Positions 44,303 to 57,655 are shown, counted from the first letter of the stretch. The stretch: DNA of 64,000 bases from Neophaeotheca triangularis (GCA_054600435.1 BAAIJX010000003.1:62001-126000); one strand, 5' to 3'. Program-made: numbers and translations. The notes: a model not told the origin generated them from the sequence alone.

Positions 44303-47300
44303 TCACCCCAACAACTGCTTCCTCAACAACTCAGCCGCAAATCCCAACCGCAAAGCCCCCTCCCTAAGCAACTCCCACCGCGATTCCAAAAACTGCAACT
44401 GCAACTGCCCCATAACCTTCAACAACTGCTCATCGTCAACGGCAACCGCGCTCTCCGTTTCCAGCGCCCTCGAAGCGCCCGAGACTTGCTTGTCGACTTC
44501 CACTGCCGCTCGGGAAGAGGAGACAGCCGGGCCCGTTCTCGTCGTCTCGGGGCTGTCTTCGGTGGAGTTGAGGATACCGGAGAGGTCGCTCGTTTTGGTG
44601 GCTTCAGCATCGGCGGCGGTGCCGTTGGGAGCGGCTGCGCCGGCTGCGGCAGCCGCAGATGAGGAATTCGGGAGCATGGAGACCGGCGTCGAAGCGCGGG
44701 ATGGGCTGCCCGGTCGCGAGGGCCCGTGCTGTGTCGTGTCTCCTCTTGCGAAACGCCAACACCACACTACTAGGGCGGAGAAGTACAGGATCCAGGCTCG
44801 GGCGATGACGCGGTCGTAGCGAGCCGAGTACCGCGTTCGTCCCGGGCGATCCTCCTCTGACTCTTCCATGTGCGGGCGCAGAAGTTGCAGGGCGTGGAAT
44901 ACAGCCTGCCTAGCTCCGGCGGATTTGGACCATTTAGACATCCTCGCGGCAACGCGCTCGCAGTCACTGGCGGAGATGGAGCGGCCCATGACTTTGCGCG
45001 CGCCAGCGAGGACTTGGCAATCGACGATATCGGCGTTTATGGCGATGTGGGAGAAGTGGTGCTGGACGGCGGCATTGTCGGCGGAGATATTGGTCTCCCA
45101 GTCGGCGTTGGAGGATTGCCAGGAGAAGGTCGTATGGCGCATTTGTGCTAGGTCTTCTTCGAAATCCTTCTTCCAGAAATCGAAAGCTTTCATCATCGTG
45201 GCGCGCCAAATACCGGGGACGCCGGTTGCTTGGGAGAGACCTAGGGTTGACATTTGGAGCTCGCGTTGGCGGAGGTGCCAGGAGACCGAGGAGAGACCGG
45301 CGTTGATGATCATACGGCCAAAGGCGTTGGTGCGGACTTTGCGACCCGTGAGGGTGCGTTTGAGCGCTTGGGTGAAGGTGAGTGGTTTGATGCCGTGAAG
45401 ACTGAAACTTCCTTCGACTCGAGCTAATTCCGCGGGTGACGCTGCTGACCATAGGGCTTCATCGCATGGGAGTCTGAGTTGGAGCTCTTGCACTACCATG
45501 ACTGGCGGGTGGCCGAACATCGGAGCGTGCATGGAGTCTAGCATGAAAGCGGCGAACACTGTGCGGCGGGTCGCTTCTGCCGTTATCCACTTGTTCCAGC
45601 CTTCGTGCGGTGTTGACGGCTGTTGATGCTGTGGTGTGCCGTGCTGCGACGAGTCTTCCGTGAAAGCCGTTCCCCTCCGCATGAGGTTGATGGTGGAAGC
45701 GAAATGGATGTTAGCCCTCTCATGCAGTGCTCTCGTTGCGTTTCGCTTCTCAAACATTTCCAACAGCACCAGCGTCTGCAGCACCCAAAGCTGGGCGGGA
45801 GGATGAAAACTGGGATCCATGAAAAGCTGCCACCGTAAATTCCAAGCAATGAAGTTCGCCAATCGCTGAGCATTGTCGACAACAGTACGGCTGAGGTCCT
45901 TCTCAAGCAACTTCGATGCGCCAACAGTCAATACGCCCAATACCAACAAAATAGGACTCGAATCCGCCGAGAAGGTAGGCTTATGTAGTATAGGCATCTG
46001 CAGAGCCACATTAGCAATTCAATTCCACGGAAAAGGTCTTGTCTCACCATACCTGATTATGGAAATGATGCCAGTACGAAGCGATGTAATGATGCATCAT
46101 GCCCAAGCTCAAGACATGATTCTCGGAATCCAAATCTCCTTGGAAGATATATTCTTTATCAGAGTTGGCATCACTTCCTGGACCAATGTGAAAGTAGGTG
46201 CGCATCAGCTCAATCAGCTCATACCGTCTCCATTGCGAGATCAGCGGGTCTGTGATCTGATACGCCGGTGCTGCTGACGTTTCCAGCAGTGACTGACCGT
46301 AAGAAAAATCGGAGAAGTTGGTGGGAAAGAGGGTATCAGCGCTGTAATCGAGGGTTGCTGTTCCACTCGGGTTGGAGTAAGCAGGCTGGGAGACGTCGAG
46401 ATCCCCTGCAGCTCCTAAGCCCCCAAAGCCTGTGTAGTAGTTTTGGAGGTCATCGAACAGCCAAGCTGTGAATTCATCGCGGGTTGAAGCTGGAGAGTCG
46501 CTGAAGGTTTGCGTCTGTAGTGTAGACGATGGCATGTGTACCGGGCCACTCGGTGCCAGGGAGCCGATAGAAGTGCGGTGTATGTTGTTCTGACCCGGGT
46601 AAGCCGACCCCGAGCCTCGGTGCTGCAAGTTTGGCAAAAGACTGTTTGTGCCATTCTGAGGTTGCGGCTGCGGTTGCGATTGCGATTGCGATTGCGATTG
46701 CGATTGCGATTGAGACTGCGATTGTCCTTGCGATTGCGTCTGTGGTAGAAATGGTTGCGTCTGCTGCTGCTGTGGTTGAGGCTGAGCCTGAGCCTGAGAA
46801 GCGTGACCAGGCGTAGGCGATTTGTGACTCCTAGGCGTAAGACCACTCGTCATGCCCGCATTCGTCGGTGTAAAAGCAATCGGATGGAATCCACCACTCG
46901 GCATACTCGAACTCCACGAATTCTGCCTCGGCGCCGGATTGGAAGTCGCGGCAGCAGCTTTGGGTGGCGAAGCCTGGCTCGTGGCACCCGCAATCGAAGC
47001 ATGCTCTTCGCGATCCTTTTCCGCGAGACTGGGTCTGCCTACTCTGCGACGCTTGGCTTGAGGTTCTGTGGGCGGGTCGATGATGTGGCCGGTGGTGGTG
47101 GTGCTGCCGCCGTTGGTAATGGTTTGCTGTGTGTGTCGCTCTAGGTGGCGGGAGAAGAGGTCCTGACGCACGAAATTGCGGTTGCAGCCGGCGTATTCGC
47201 AGCGGTAGATTTCCTTTGGCTCATCTGTATGGTGTTAGTCGTGCATCAACCTCCCTGTGCGGGTGAGGCTCACGGTTAAGCTGGTGTCGTTGGAGGTGTT

Positions 47301-47523
47301 CGGCGCGGGAGTAGGCTTTGGAACAGCCATCATGAGGACACTTGAATCGTTTGATAGCTTCAGGCTCGGCACTCGGATCCTGCTGTTGCTGTTGTTCTTT
47401 TTGTTGATCTCGTTGTTGTTGGCTTTGCTGCTGAGGTCGATGAGGCTCCGGGGGCGACGAAGCGGGCAAAGGAGCAGTGGTAGAAGTGATTTGCGCAATG
47501 CTCGCGGGCTTGGGTGGGTCCAT
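44303..47523 (-). CDS. C2H2 zinc-finger plus fungal-specific TF domain transcription factor; introns near 47272-47226 and 46051-46001
   Basis: FKCPHDGCSKAYSRAEHLQRHQLNH|EPKEIYRCEYAGCNRNFVRQDLFSRHLERH, SYWHHFHNQ|MPILHKPTF, PPAQLWVLQ, EATRRTVFAAF and LPCDEALWSA. Confidence 0.92.
46674..46712. repeat. (GATTGC)n hexamer repeat encoding a poly-(Gln-Ser) tract
   Basis: Seen directly inside the transcription factor ORF 46044..47171. Confidence 0.9.
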
Positions 47524-47886
47524 CCCGTGTTTACTCGTCGTGTGGCCTTGGGGACTGGAATAATTAACGCAGTATTTGAGTATGGCCGCGTGGTTGGATA
47601 ATGGCCTGGGGGAGACTCCCGTCGTTTGGTGTATAAACGTGGTGTTTAAGGTGGGTGGGAAGCGTGGAGTTTTGAGGAGAGGTGGGTGGCATGGTGGGTG
47701 GGGGAGGAGCTTGATTTCCGGCCAGCCCAGCCGTGGAGAAGAAAGCTTGCCGAGGATGTATAATGTGCATATGCCTACCTATAATGGTTTGTACTGTAAC
47801 TCGGACATGCGCGAAAATCGCCATGGTCCTGACTCAGTCGGAAAATTAGAGGCATTGACGAAAGGGTCTATACATCTACCACTCTA

Positions 47887-50091
47887 TCATCCATCCGACC
47901 CTTTAACGAGAGCCCAAAAATGCACAGCAGATGCCACCAAAAGTTGCAAAACAGCCCTGCCAGCTCTATCAGCCGTCCAAGTCTCGACCCTCCACACCTC
48001 CACACCCTGCCGTCTAGCCCTTTCACAATACCACACAGCCACTAGTATCAGTAAAAACCTCAAGACCCAATCGTAGAGCGCAACGACAGCGGGAAAGCCC
48101 CCTCCTATCCTCTCAGCGGCAAAAAGCTGCGTGACCAACTTCCTGTACTTCCCTGAATCCCTCGCAGCCCCATCGATCTCGGAGAATGGCAAAGGACGTA
48201 TATCCGAGACACTGTAGCCGCTCTCTCGCCGTGAAGTTTGCTGTAGACTGTCCCCATAACTCTGCATAGCGGGCGGACAGCGCAGACGTCTCAAAAGCGA
48301 CCAGCGTAGCGAGTCGCAAAGCCCAAGCCCACTGTCATCGTCGATGGGTCGTCGTTGTGATCGCATCCCCTGCAGCAGAAGTGGAAGTAGCGTGGGTGAA
48401 GAAATCTGCAACGTCCTGTTCTTCTCGTCGGTAAACAGACATTCCCGATCAAAAGCCTCTTTCGCGTGAGCATAGTGCACGAAACGGCTGTAGAAAGCCG
48501 GCGATGTGACACCCAACTCCAAAGGCGAGTGTTGCTGTCGACCGATCTTGTCCCAATCGTGTCGACTCTCCAGTACCATCTCTTCCCTCGCGAAATGCGC
48601 AGCGCGATAGATAACCCGTAGAGGCTTTTCGGTCGCATAGACGCCTTCCCGCAACATCTTCCAGAAGAACTCCTCCAGCGCAAACTCCTCTTCCGAGTAC
48701 TCGCGTCCCAGACTTGTGGTCGCGACTTCGGGGCGATACCACACATGCAGCTTCCTCGTGAGAAACAGGGTCTTGGCCTGCCAGACAATGCGAGGGAATG
48801 TCACGAGCCCAACCCACCACCAAGCGGCAACGAAGCGCGCAAGCTGCCAGTTGGGGATGGTGGTCGCATCCCGGGGCTCGCCATCAGAAAAGACCCTAGC
48901 GACAATCTTCGCGTGCTCTTTGCTCGAGCGCAGCACAATCGTGTTGTCAATGTTCACCCTCCCCGTGCGCCGCAACTCCCCAAGCGGATCCAAAGCCCTG
49001 AGCGAATAAGACCCCTTGCGAGAATTAAAAGGCGAGACGTGAAAGTCCTTTCCCCACTCCTCCTTGAAAATGACCTTGCCATCCTCCTCTTCCCCTCCCT
49101 CTCCTTCCTCCTCATTCCCCCCCTCACTCTTAGCGAGAAAATACATCCTCCTCTCACCAAAAGTATTATTGACCTCCAAAACCATCGCCCCCAAACCCCC
49201 CTCCCTCCCATACAAATACCAAAAACTCACAGGATTAAACGCATACCCCGCGAACCTCGGCGCCGTAACCAAATACGCGCCCTCCCACTCCGCCAACCCC
49301 TTCTCCCTCCCCTGCGACCGCAAAAACCAGTCAAGTTTCGCTTCCAAACCCCCCGGACCACGATGCAAGTAATCCGCACCTCGAACCTCAAACCAGCCTT
49401 TCCCGCCCCCACCTTGCACGGAATCCACCGACAACGCCGGACCAACTTTCCCGCTCAAACCAACCGGCACTCCCACGTACAAGTACGAATACCCGAACCC
49501 ATGCTTGCGGGGAAAGAGCCTCTGATGGGTCGTGCGAGCGGGCAAAAGCAGCGACGGGAGCACCAGCGGCCCGCTGGACTCGAAGGAAGCCTCGTGCATC
49601 GTCCCCAGTGCCCCGGCCTCGGGGGTGTGAAGTTGCCGCTCGCCGTCCTCGCGTTCGAGCTGGCGGCCGCGGCCTACGATTGCCCCGGCGCAGACTGCGC
49701 AAGCGAGCAGCAGGCTCAGGGAGAAGATGTAGAAGCCTGTTTGGGATTGGGTTATGTCTAGACGGGTTTCTAGGTGCTGGAGGCGGTGGTAGGTTTGCGC
49801 GAGAGCGGGTTGGAGGTGGCTGGGGGAGAGGAGGGGGAGTTGGGATGTTGTGGAGTAGGAGTGAAGGTTTAGGAGGAGAAGAGTGGTGAGGAGGTCTTGG
49901 CGGGCGGTGGGGTTTGAGAGGGGGGTTCGGAGGAGGCGGGGTAGGTATGGGAGAAGGATGAGGAGGGGGGTTGATGGGGTTGAGGAGGGGTTTAGGAGGG
50001 TGTGGAGGAGGGTGGTGGTTGTTAAGAGGAGTAGGATGGGTGTGCTGGTCCAGATGGAGCGTCCCTGGCCGTGGGAGTGGTTGGTAGGCAT
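47887..50091 (-). CDS. DUF1365 family protein; start uncertain
   Basis: THQRLFPRKHGFGYSYLYVGVPV, LVTAPRFAGYAFNPVSFWYLY, LEVNNTFGERRMY, KDFHVSPFN and TFPRIVWQA. Confidence 0.85.
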   Translation of the reverse strand: MPTNHSHGQGRSIWTSTPILLLLTTTTLLHTLLNPSSTPSTPLLILLPYLPRLLRTPLSNPTARQDLLTTLLLLNLHSYSTTSQLPLLSPSHLQPALAQTYHRLQHLETRLDITQSQTGFYIFSLSLLLACAVCAGAIVGRGRQLEREDGERQLHTPEAGALGTMHEASFESSGPLVLPSLLLPARTTHQRLFPRKHGFGYSYLYVGVPVGLSGKVGPALSVDSVQGGGGKGWFEVRGADYLHRGPGGLEAKLDWFLRSQGREKGLAEWEGAYLVTAPRFAGYAFNPVSFWYLYGREGGLGAMVLEVNNTFGERRMYFLAKSEGGNEEEGEGGEEEDGKVIFKEEWGKDFHVSPFNSRKGSYSLRALDPLGELRRTGRVNIDNTIVLRSSKEHAKIVARVFSDGEPRDATTIPNWQLARFVAAWWWVGLVTFPRIVWQAKTLFLTRKLHVWYRPEVATTSLGREYSEEEFALEEFFWKMLREGVYATEKPLRVIYRAAHFAREEMVLESRHDWDKIGRQQHSPLELGVTSPAFYSRFVHYAHAKEAFDRECLFTDEKNRTLQISSPTLLPLLLQGMRSQRRPIDDDSGLGLCDSLRWSLLRRLRCPPAMQSYGDSLQQTSRRESGYSVSDIRPLPFSEIDGAARDSGKYRKLVTQLFAAERIGGGFPAVVALYDWVLRFLLILVAVWYCERARRQGVEVWRVETWTADRAGRAVLQLLVASAVHFWALVKGSDG

Positions 50092-51634
50092 TTTGGTGCT
50101 GGCGGTGGTGGTGTTATTGCAAGTGGCCACCGGGTTTGCGTTGTGTGTTCGAGGAGTAGGAGTCTGTTTATGCTCGCCATTTCGCGGCCTGGAATTGACT
50201 AGTCGATTTCTTGCATTGTTCCCGCTCGCTTGGGATGTATTTGTTCCGGTCTGTGAAAAGGTCAATTTAGAATCGGTGATGTCTGCCCAGTAGTGATTTC
50301 AACGGCGTTCGTTTCGTTTGGCTTGAGGTTCGGTTCGCCGGTGGCGGAATTCGGGTGATGGTGAATCCAGCTCCTCGGCTGTCGTTTAATTCGCAAGAGC
50401 AAGCCATGCCATCTTGAAAAGACTCCAAGACTGGACTACAAAGAAAACGCCACCTGGGCATTGGCTCAAATTACACGCCTAGACTTGTGTTAAAACGTGC
50501 TCTCAACTAGATGTTACCCGTCTGCCCGTCGTATAAGAACTCCGCTCGCCTTATTTAGGCATTGCTCCGTGATCATCGGCCCCTTTAGCAATGTGATGAA
50601 TTCAATCGATTATCTATGCATTAGTAGCGTGTGCAAATGATTCCCTAAACATCTTCAACGATAGATACGCGTAGTTAACACCAAGCATGTATCACACATG
50701 ACCGTATTCAAATTTGAATCAAACGTTTGTACCCAAACAATTCCACTCGACTTTCGACATCAACCACGGACACGCCTTGGTGATTATAGTGAGGTAGGAA
50801 AGATTTTTTTGTTCTAGAAAAAAAAGAAAAAAAAGAGCAAAGAAAGCTGTGACCCAAACCCTCACCCTATCACACAAACCCCCAACCACATTCTCAAACA
50901 AGAACGGAAAGACAAAGCCAAAGTCATTAAACACCAAACCCCAAGCAAGTCTCAAGTATACCATAGGTACCGGTACGTACGTAGCTAGAACAAACACAAA
51001 TACAACCCCCTTCCCAGCAACAAAACATCAAAGCAGACCCAACCATGCCATTCCACAAAGACTGCCAAGAGTTTGAACCCGCTCAGGTGTCAAAGCATGA
51101 GGTGTTACCGACCCAATCTATACTCAGATGAACCACCGAGCCAAGGAGATCCTGCCCGGCTCAACCCTTCCTTGACCCCGAAGCTACAAGGTGCAGGGTA
51201 GGATAATACTTGGTACATCAAGCCGAAGACCTCCTTTCCCCTCCACCAGCCTGCTGAGAATGCTGAGAATGCTGCAATAGAGCATGATCGGCACGCGCGA
51301 CGCCAGATCCAGCAGACGCAGACACAGACGCAGACGCAGACAGAGATGCAGCAGATCCAACCCCAGCCCCAGATCCAGCCCCAGACCGCGACGCACCAGC
51401 AACAGCAGCGCCAACGCCAACAGAATGCTCCTCCACCTTCCCCAACCCGCGACCGCCGCCAGCATGACTCATCCTCTCCACACCCCCGGCACCATCAGGA
51501 CCCAAATGCGCCTTCCGCAATCTCCCCACAGTCTCAACCGCCTTTTGCACCTCTCCTGCCCTCTTCCGCTCAGCAGCTTCAACATGCTTGACCACGACCG
51601 GCATGTGCGGCCGCACGTGATGGGGTTCGATTTC

Positions 51635-54189
51635 CTAAATAATATGGTTACCCGTGGCGTCGCCGTCGGAAGCCTCGTCCGTCATGCGCTTGAAAGTGTC
51701 CCAATTCGTGACGGCGCCGAGGGCGCGCTTCATGTGGGCGGTGACGATTTGCAGGGCGTAGACGTAGGAAGCGTTGACCCAGCCGAATCTGTGTCAAAAG
51801 TCAGTAAAAAGGCTACTTGTACTTGTTTGTTTGCTGGAGGCTTAGAGCATCTCTTACCCTTCCGTCGCCACGCCCTTGAAATCGCTCCCCTGGTTGCCAT
51901 ACTCCGCCGTAACCCTATGCGGGTCCAGCTGGCGCGTGACATCGTACTTCTCCACGACGACTCCGTTGAAGTCGACAAAAGCCTTGGTGACCATGTAGAT
52001 CCAGCGGTACGCGAGACGCTGCGCATCCTCTTCGAAACCATAGCGTAGAAGACCCGTCCAAGCGAGAATTTGCTGCGGCGCCCAGCCGTAGGGGTAATCC
52101 CATTGTCGGTTCGGGCGCTGGAGGGAGACGGGACCGCGAGAAGCTTCGGAGCCGGACACTAGACCGCCGTGAACTTCGAAGCGCGGGAGGGCTTTGGTGA
52201 CCATGAGCTGGGCTTGGCGGGGGGTTGCGGCGCCGGCCCACATCGCCCAGAAGGTTGTCGCGGACTCGTATCCGGTTTGCTCTTCCTTTTTGCAGTCGTA
52301 GTCGAAGAACATGCCCGCCTCCTCATTCCACATGAGCTTGTCCATGATCTGTCTGCGCTTCTTGGCGCGCCGGTCCCAGGTCGAGGACACTTCGAAGTGT
52401 CCTGCGTGTTGATCTTTGGTGCACCATTCCTCCGGGATCTCGAGCTTGTCGCCAAAGAAGGCGCGGATCGTGCGTGCAATGTCCACTTCGTATTTGTACA
52501 GCAGGCTGTTTAGATCAATGGTCGCCAGGTCGGCGGCGCGCTTTTCCAGCCGGTATGAGGTGTCGTGGCCGGATTCGCGGACGGCACGGTCATGGCGGAA
52601 GTACTCATCGAGAGCGGGTTCATAGACGTGGCCGTAGTTGTAGGCGTGGATGAATTCGGGGACTGTCATGTTGTGTCTGTGCGCGTAGGGCTCTAGGACG
52701 TGAGTGAAATGCGAGGACTCGGTTTCTGGGGGTACACCCAAACCGCCCGGGTGGTATTTGGAAAGACCCGACTTGTCGTCTAGCCGGGGATGGCACATCC
52801 AAGTTCTGTAGTAGTCCTTGATGGCTGCGCGCATGGCTTCGCGGAGAAAGTCCAGCGCGTAGGGCTTGTGCTTGATTTTGTCGTAGACACGAAGGGCCAT
52901 GTCGGTCAGGAAAGGCGGTTGCGAACGACAGAGGTAGTATGTGCGGTTGGCATTGAGAATCTTGCCGTAATGCTTAATGGAGAAGCAGAAGTGACGGACC
53001 ATGTTCTCACCGAGATCAGGACGGTCGTTGACCAGCAGGCCAAGCGTCTCCATGTAGCTATCCCAGCCGTAGAGCTCGTTAAAGCGGCCACCAGGAACCA
53101 CAAACTCCAGACCAGCAAAATCCGGCTCGCCTTTGGGAGTGTCCTTTACGCGCTTCATCTCGATCGCAAGAAGACCGGGTGCTTCATTCAGATCCCGCAC
53201 ATACTCTTCGTTACTGGGATCGTCATGCAGCCAGATGACTTCCAGCCGCATCTCAGGGTGTTCCTTGGCAATGCGGGTGTAGTACTGGTGCTGCTCAGGA
53301 CACCCCTTGGGGATGTAGACCCTGGGCCTTGGATCCTTTGTCCAATCCTTCTTGTCCCGCGCAACCTCAGCAATATTGCCTCCATCGATCCTCCTCGTCA
53401 GGCCCGGCCAAAAATGGTCCTTGATCAACCGCGCAAGACGATTCACCGGGTTCTCGTTCAGCCTCGACTCATCCAACACGATCTGCTTCCTCCCGTATTG
53501 CTTCGCCAACGTCAACTCTTGCAAAAGGTTCGACAGCATGTACGTCCCGCGAACGTCAAAGGTACGGTAGCCACCTGAGGCGGCGGTGCCCAGTTGCATC
53601 GTCTTGGGTCCGGCATCGTCAATGGTGATTTGAACGTTTCGATCGGTGTCTTCGCGCTTGAGGAGGGTTTCGAGCGTATCGTCGACGTTGATCAGGTACT
53701 TGCGTGGCGCCCCAACGGCATCTACAAAGCCCACGATTAGCCAATCCCCAAATTGCAAGATGTAACCGTGCAACACAACATACCATGACTCTGCCGCCGA
53801 TGCGGAGGTTTAAAACCAGCGGCTACCGCATTATTGATTTGCGGATCAACCTGTTCAAAATCCCACGTCAGTTGAGCTGTCGAACACAGAGCATTGGGGA
53901 TGCTCCAGCGCTTGGCGTACACGGCCGAGGAAGTGCAGGGCGCTCTGGGGATGTTGTCGTCGTAGAAGATGGGTCCGGACTCTTCACCTACTGCGGAATA
54001 TGTGCGGCTCTTGGCAACTTTTCTATTGTTGTGGCTCTCGCCATAGTAGAGGGCGGGGCTGGCGTAGGGGTCTACTTCTGGGATGCTGAAGCGCTTGGCA
54101 TCGCCGTTATGGTGCGTGCCGTTGCTGCTACCGTTGCTGTTGCTGTGGTTCGCGGGGTGGATTGGGAGTTCGGATTTCTGCGTGCTCAT
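51635..54189 (-). CDS. NTH1: Neutral trehalase (GH37 with N-terminal Ca-binding region), three introns
   Basis: [69 protein letters not shown] and [13 protein letters not shown] 54189, TAG 51637-51635. Confidence 0.96.
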
Positions 54190-55901
54190 GCTCTGGCGGT
54201 GTTTCTGAAAGGTGTTGATTGGAGACGTTTCGAAGGTACTTTTAATCGGTGGTGTTGGATTGTTCAAAGCTCAGGGTGAGACGATGCGGTTCCAGCAAGT
54301 TCTCGTGGTGTGTAAGTAGGACAGAGTAAGTCAGGTATTGGTGGGACGCGGCAGTGATGATGCTCGAAAAGTGTTGGACGAGTGATGTCAGACTGCTACC
54401 TCCAGAGATACCTTATCATAGGTAGGTGGGCAAGATAGGTAAGTGGATAGTAGGGTTACGGCTCGGTCCTTGGAAAGTAGTCGGGGAGTCGGTCTGCGGG
54501 TGGATGGAATGGATGGTGTGAGGTGTGGGTCTCTTTCTCAAAGGACGAACGTGTTGCTGTGTTGGCTTCGCAGATGGAGCTGGTCGTGATTGACGAACGT
54601 CGTAGCTAGTTACGAGAAGTGTCGTCGACTCTTCACTTGCTGCCCAAGGCAAAGCAAACAATGTCGCCGTCGTCAGAATCGTCAACTTGGAGAGACTTGC
54701 GCGTGTTGCCTCGAGGTCAGCAGAGCCGGAGACGGAGAAGGCAGTGGTTGGTTGTCGTCAACCAAAGAGTCACACGACAGTCAGACAATGACTGCAGCAG
54801 TTGAAGCAATAGGAAGAATGGCCTTCAATGGCGTCGTGATGAAAGAAAGCGAGTGAGCAGATGTCGAGAGGTTGGTATAACGACAAAGGAAGAAGAGACA
54901 ACCTTACAGTACTAAGGTTGATGGCGCTCCATACTCTACTGCTGCTGTCAAGTGCAGTCGCCTCCCGACCATTCCATTGGCAGTAACGGCAGATGTAGGT
55001 CGGTCCTGCTTTTTACCTCATACCTGCTATCTCAAATGGAAGGTCTGTGTGCGCACCCACGACCAGTACTGGAGGTATGTAGTGATATGTACGTCGGTCG
55101 GTTGTGGCCATGTTCGGGGATGTGCGCCAGGAAGGTCGGAATAGGCATATGCCTCGTCACGCCGACTTTTCTGTCGGGTCAAAGCCAAGGAAAGAATCTG
55201 TCTCCTTTCAGCAAATGCGCCTGGGGCTCTTCTCAAACCCCCATCTGTCAGTGAGACTGCCCCATGAGACTAACGCGACGTTCGCCTCGTCAGTTCACTC
55301 ACGCCGATATTGGCATAGGTAAATGTCGGCAATGCCAGGGATACCAAACCGCAAAAGAAAAACCAAGACCTTCAAAGCAAAGACAAATGCACGCACGCAC
55401 AGACACTGTCGCATAAAGCAACATCCATTCCGACCGGCCGCGCAGTCGTGTAACCCAAAGCCACGCGCCTAGGCGTGTGGTATTCGTCAAAAGCTCTTCA
55501 GCCTTGCATGCTATATAGCTTCGAGAGCTCCAGCTGTTCTGCGTACCTACCTCGCGCCTACCTCCCCGGCTCCCCTAGTACTAGAGAGGACGCACAGTAG
55601 TGCGGGTCGTTTACGTGCAGTACCGGGAGACATCCGAACGAGGGTGGGATAGCGGAGGTGAAGCCATTGTCAGACAGCAAGCGGGAGCGATAGGATCATG
55701 TCATAATGTGGTAGCGATGTAGGTGAAAGCAAAAGTACATACTCCCGCAACCGGCACCCACGACTTCTCGCGATACCAACACATCGATAGTTCTCAATCA
55801 CATGCTGCCAAAGAAACGTCCTCCAGGCGCAGCTACTGCAGTGTAATCGCCTTTGCGATCATTCGCCTCCCAACTGACTCACAGTAGCAGCATCCCCCAC
55901 T

Positions 55902-56847
55902 TCATTGATCTTCGAAGAAGCGCTGCAGACTGGCAACATGGCGTCCCTTTCGAGCGAAAGTGCTTGGCGATGGCGATGTAGTGGTAGTGGAACTTGCGTC
56001 TCCAATGTCGGTGTTGCGTGCCTCGTCCTGTTGATCGGCGGTCATGGTGCTTTCGCTGACGTTCGAGCTCTCTGATGCTTGGTCATCCATGGCTGTCATG
56101 AGTGATGTTGATGCTGCGCTGTCAGGAGGTTGGGCGACCTGAGTTAGGCTGGTTGTTGATTCATCGGGGATATCGGGCGTGTTGGATGCTGACTGCGGGG
56201 TTGGTAGCAAGGTCCAGCTATCGCTATCTGCAAAGTGTACTCTTGAGGGTGTAGTAGGTGTGCTCCAGCGTCGACGCCGCCGCAGTTTGCTCGGGGTGGC
56301 GGTCTTTTTCGGGGTTACTGTAGGTCGCTTGCCATTGCGATATACTGGTCAAGCTGTCAGGTTTTCGTTTCTAGCTTTCTCTGCTTGTCCTCCAAGACTC
56401 ACCCAGCTCTTTCACGCCAGAAAGTGGCTCGTACGAGAAAAGCTCTGTCAGCGAGGTCGGGAGCCGATCTGGTTTGAGCGCCGCTACCTCGATCGTATGG
56501 ATGCTCAAGAATACGAGAGAAGCCACGCCCGCCATGATCGACAGAACAAAGCTGGCTGTGACAATGGGAAACCATGGTCCCGTCACCGCGTAAAGTGCTA
56601 GGTACTCGCCGGACGCGCGCCAGACCGTTAACCAGCAAGAGACGACTGCCATTGACGCAAGCAGCAGCTCCAAGCTTTCCGCCATGTATCTGATGGTGTT
56701 GTTGCTGATGAACGGTGCCAGCTTAGGGCAGTGTTGAGCAAGTAATGACAGAACGTAGCAGGCAATGCCCATAAGAAGTGGCGCAAAGAAAGCAGAGAGG
56801 ACCGTCCAAGCCACCACTGTCCAAGCCGGACACATAGGAGATGGCAT
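55902..56847 (-). CDS. Hypothetical membrane protein (three hydrophobic segments and a Ser/Thr-rich tail); intron 56402-56345
   Basis: Intron GTGAGT...CCTGAC...CCAG joins ORF 56371..56847 in frame with ORF 55902..56210. Confidence 0.55.
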
Positions 56848-57655
56848 TGATTAGACGTCGTGGGTGGCTCGAGATGTTCCTATTGTGTTCGAGATGCTGG
56901 TGAAAGAGACGCCTGGGCGCAATCGCTTGGAGGTGTCCATGGTACACATTTTATCAGGCCAGGTGTTGTGTCTGTCGTTTGCACTTATCATTGAGACATT
57001 GTTCGAGTGTCCTGCGTCGTTGTGAGACATGCTGTGGAAGCGTTCTCGACCGTCTTCTATCAACCCTCATCGAGCTGCATTTCGATGGCTGGAATGATAG
57101 AGAACGCATCAAAAAATCTACTAGGAATGGCCAAAGAGATGTGTTTTGGGGAATTAGCCCAATGAGGAGACACGGCGAGGCCTGCCATTAGAGTGTTGTG
57201 ACTTTCAGTGACATGGGAAAGGTTGTTGATCTGTTTTGCTCGGATATCTGCATATCTGCATATCTGCAGGTAGGGTCGGAACACTGTCGATGAGTAGGAC
57301 CAACACTCTCGAAGTACCATGTCGGGTATCTCCCAAGGTTGTGGTTGGGAGGTGTCGGGTGCTTGAGAAGAAGTTATGATGTATATGTACCTTGGAGAGA
57401 AAACCACTTTACGCGCTCTATCGCGCTTTGTCGCGTGGATTCCTTGGCAATCGCGTCGCTTCGTTCGAAATGTGGAAACCAGCCATTCAGCCCTCGGGCC
57501 TCCCCTCCATTCAGCTTCAAAGGCCAACATGGATCTTCCTCACAGTCATATACACAACCACTCCATTCTCCTTTACCACAACAGCGATACAGGAGTCCGA
57601 CGTCTCATTACGACTACATCATACACTGCCATATTTAAGGATCCAATCTCCTACC

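Noticed and set aside
48745..49761. 338-aa plus-strand ORF
   Set aside because: Antisense shadow of the DUF1365 gene with biased Pro/Arg composition.
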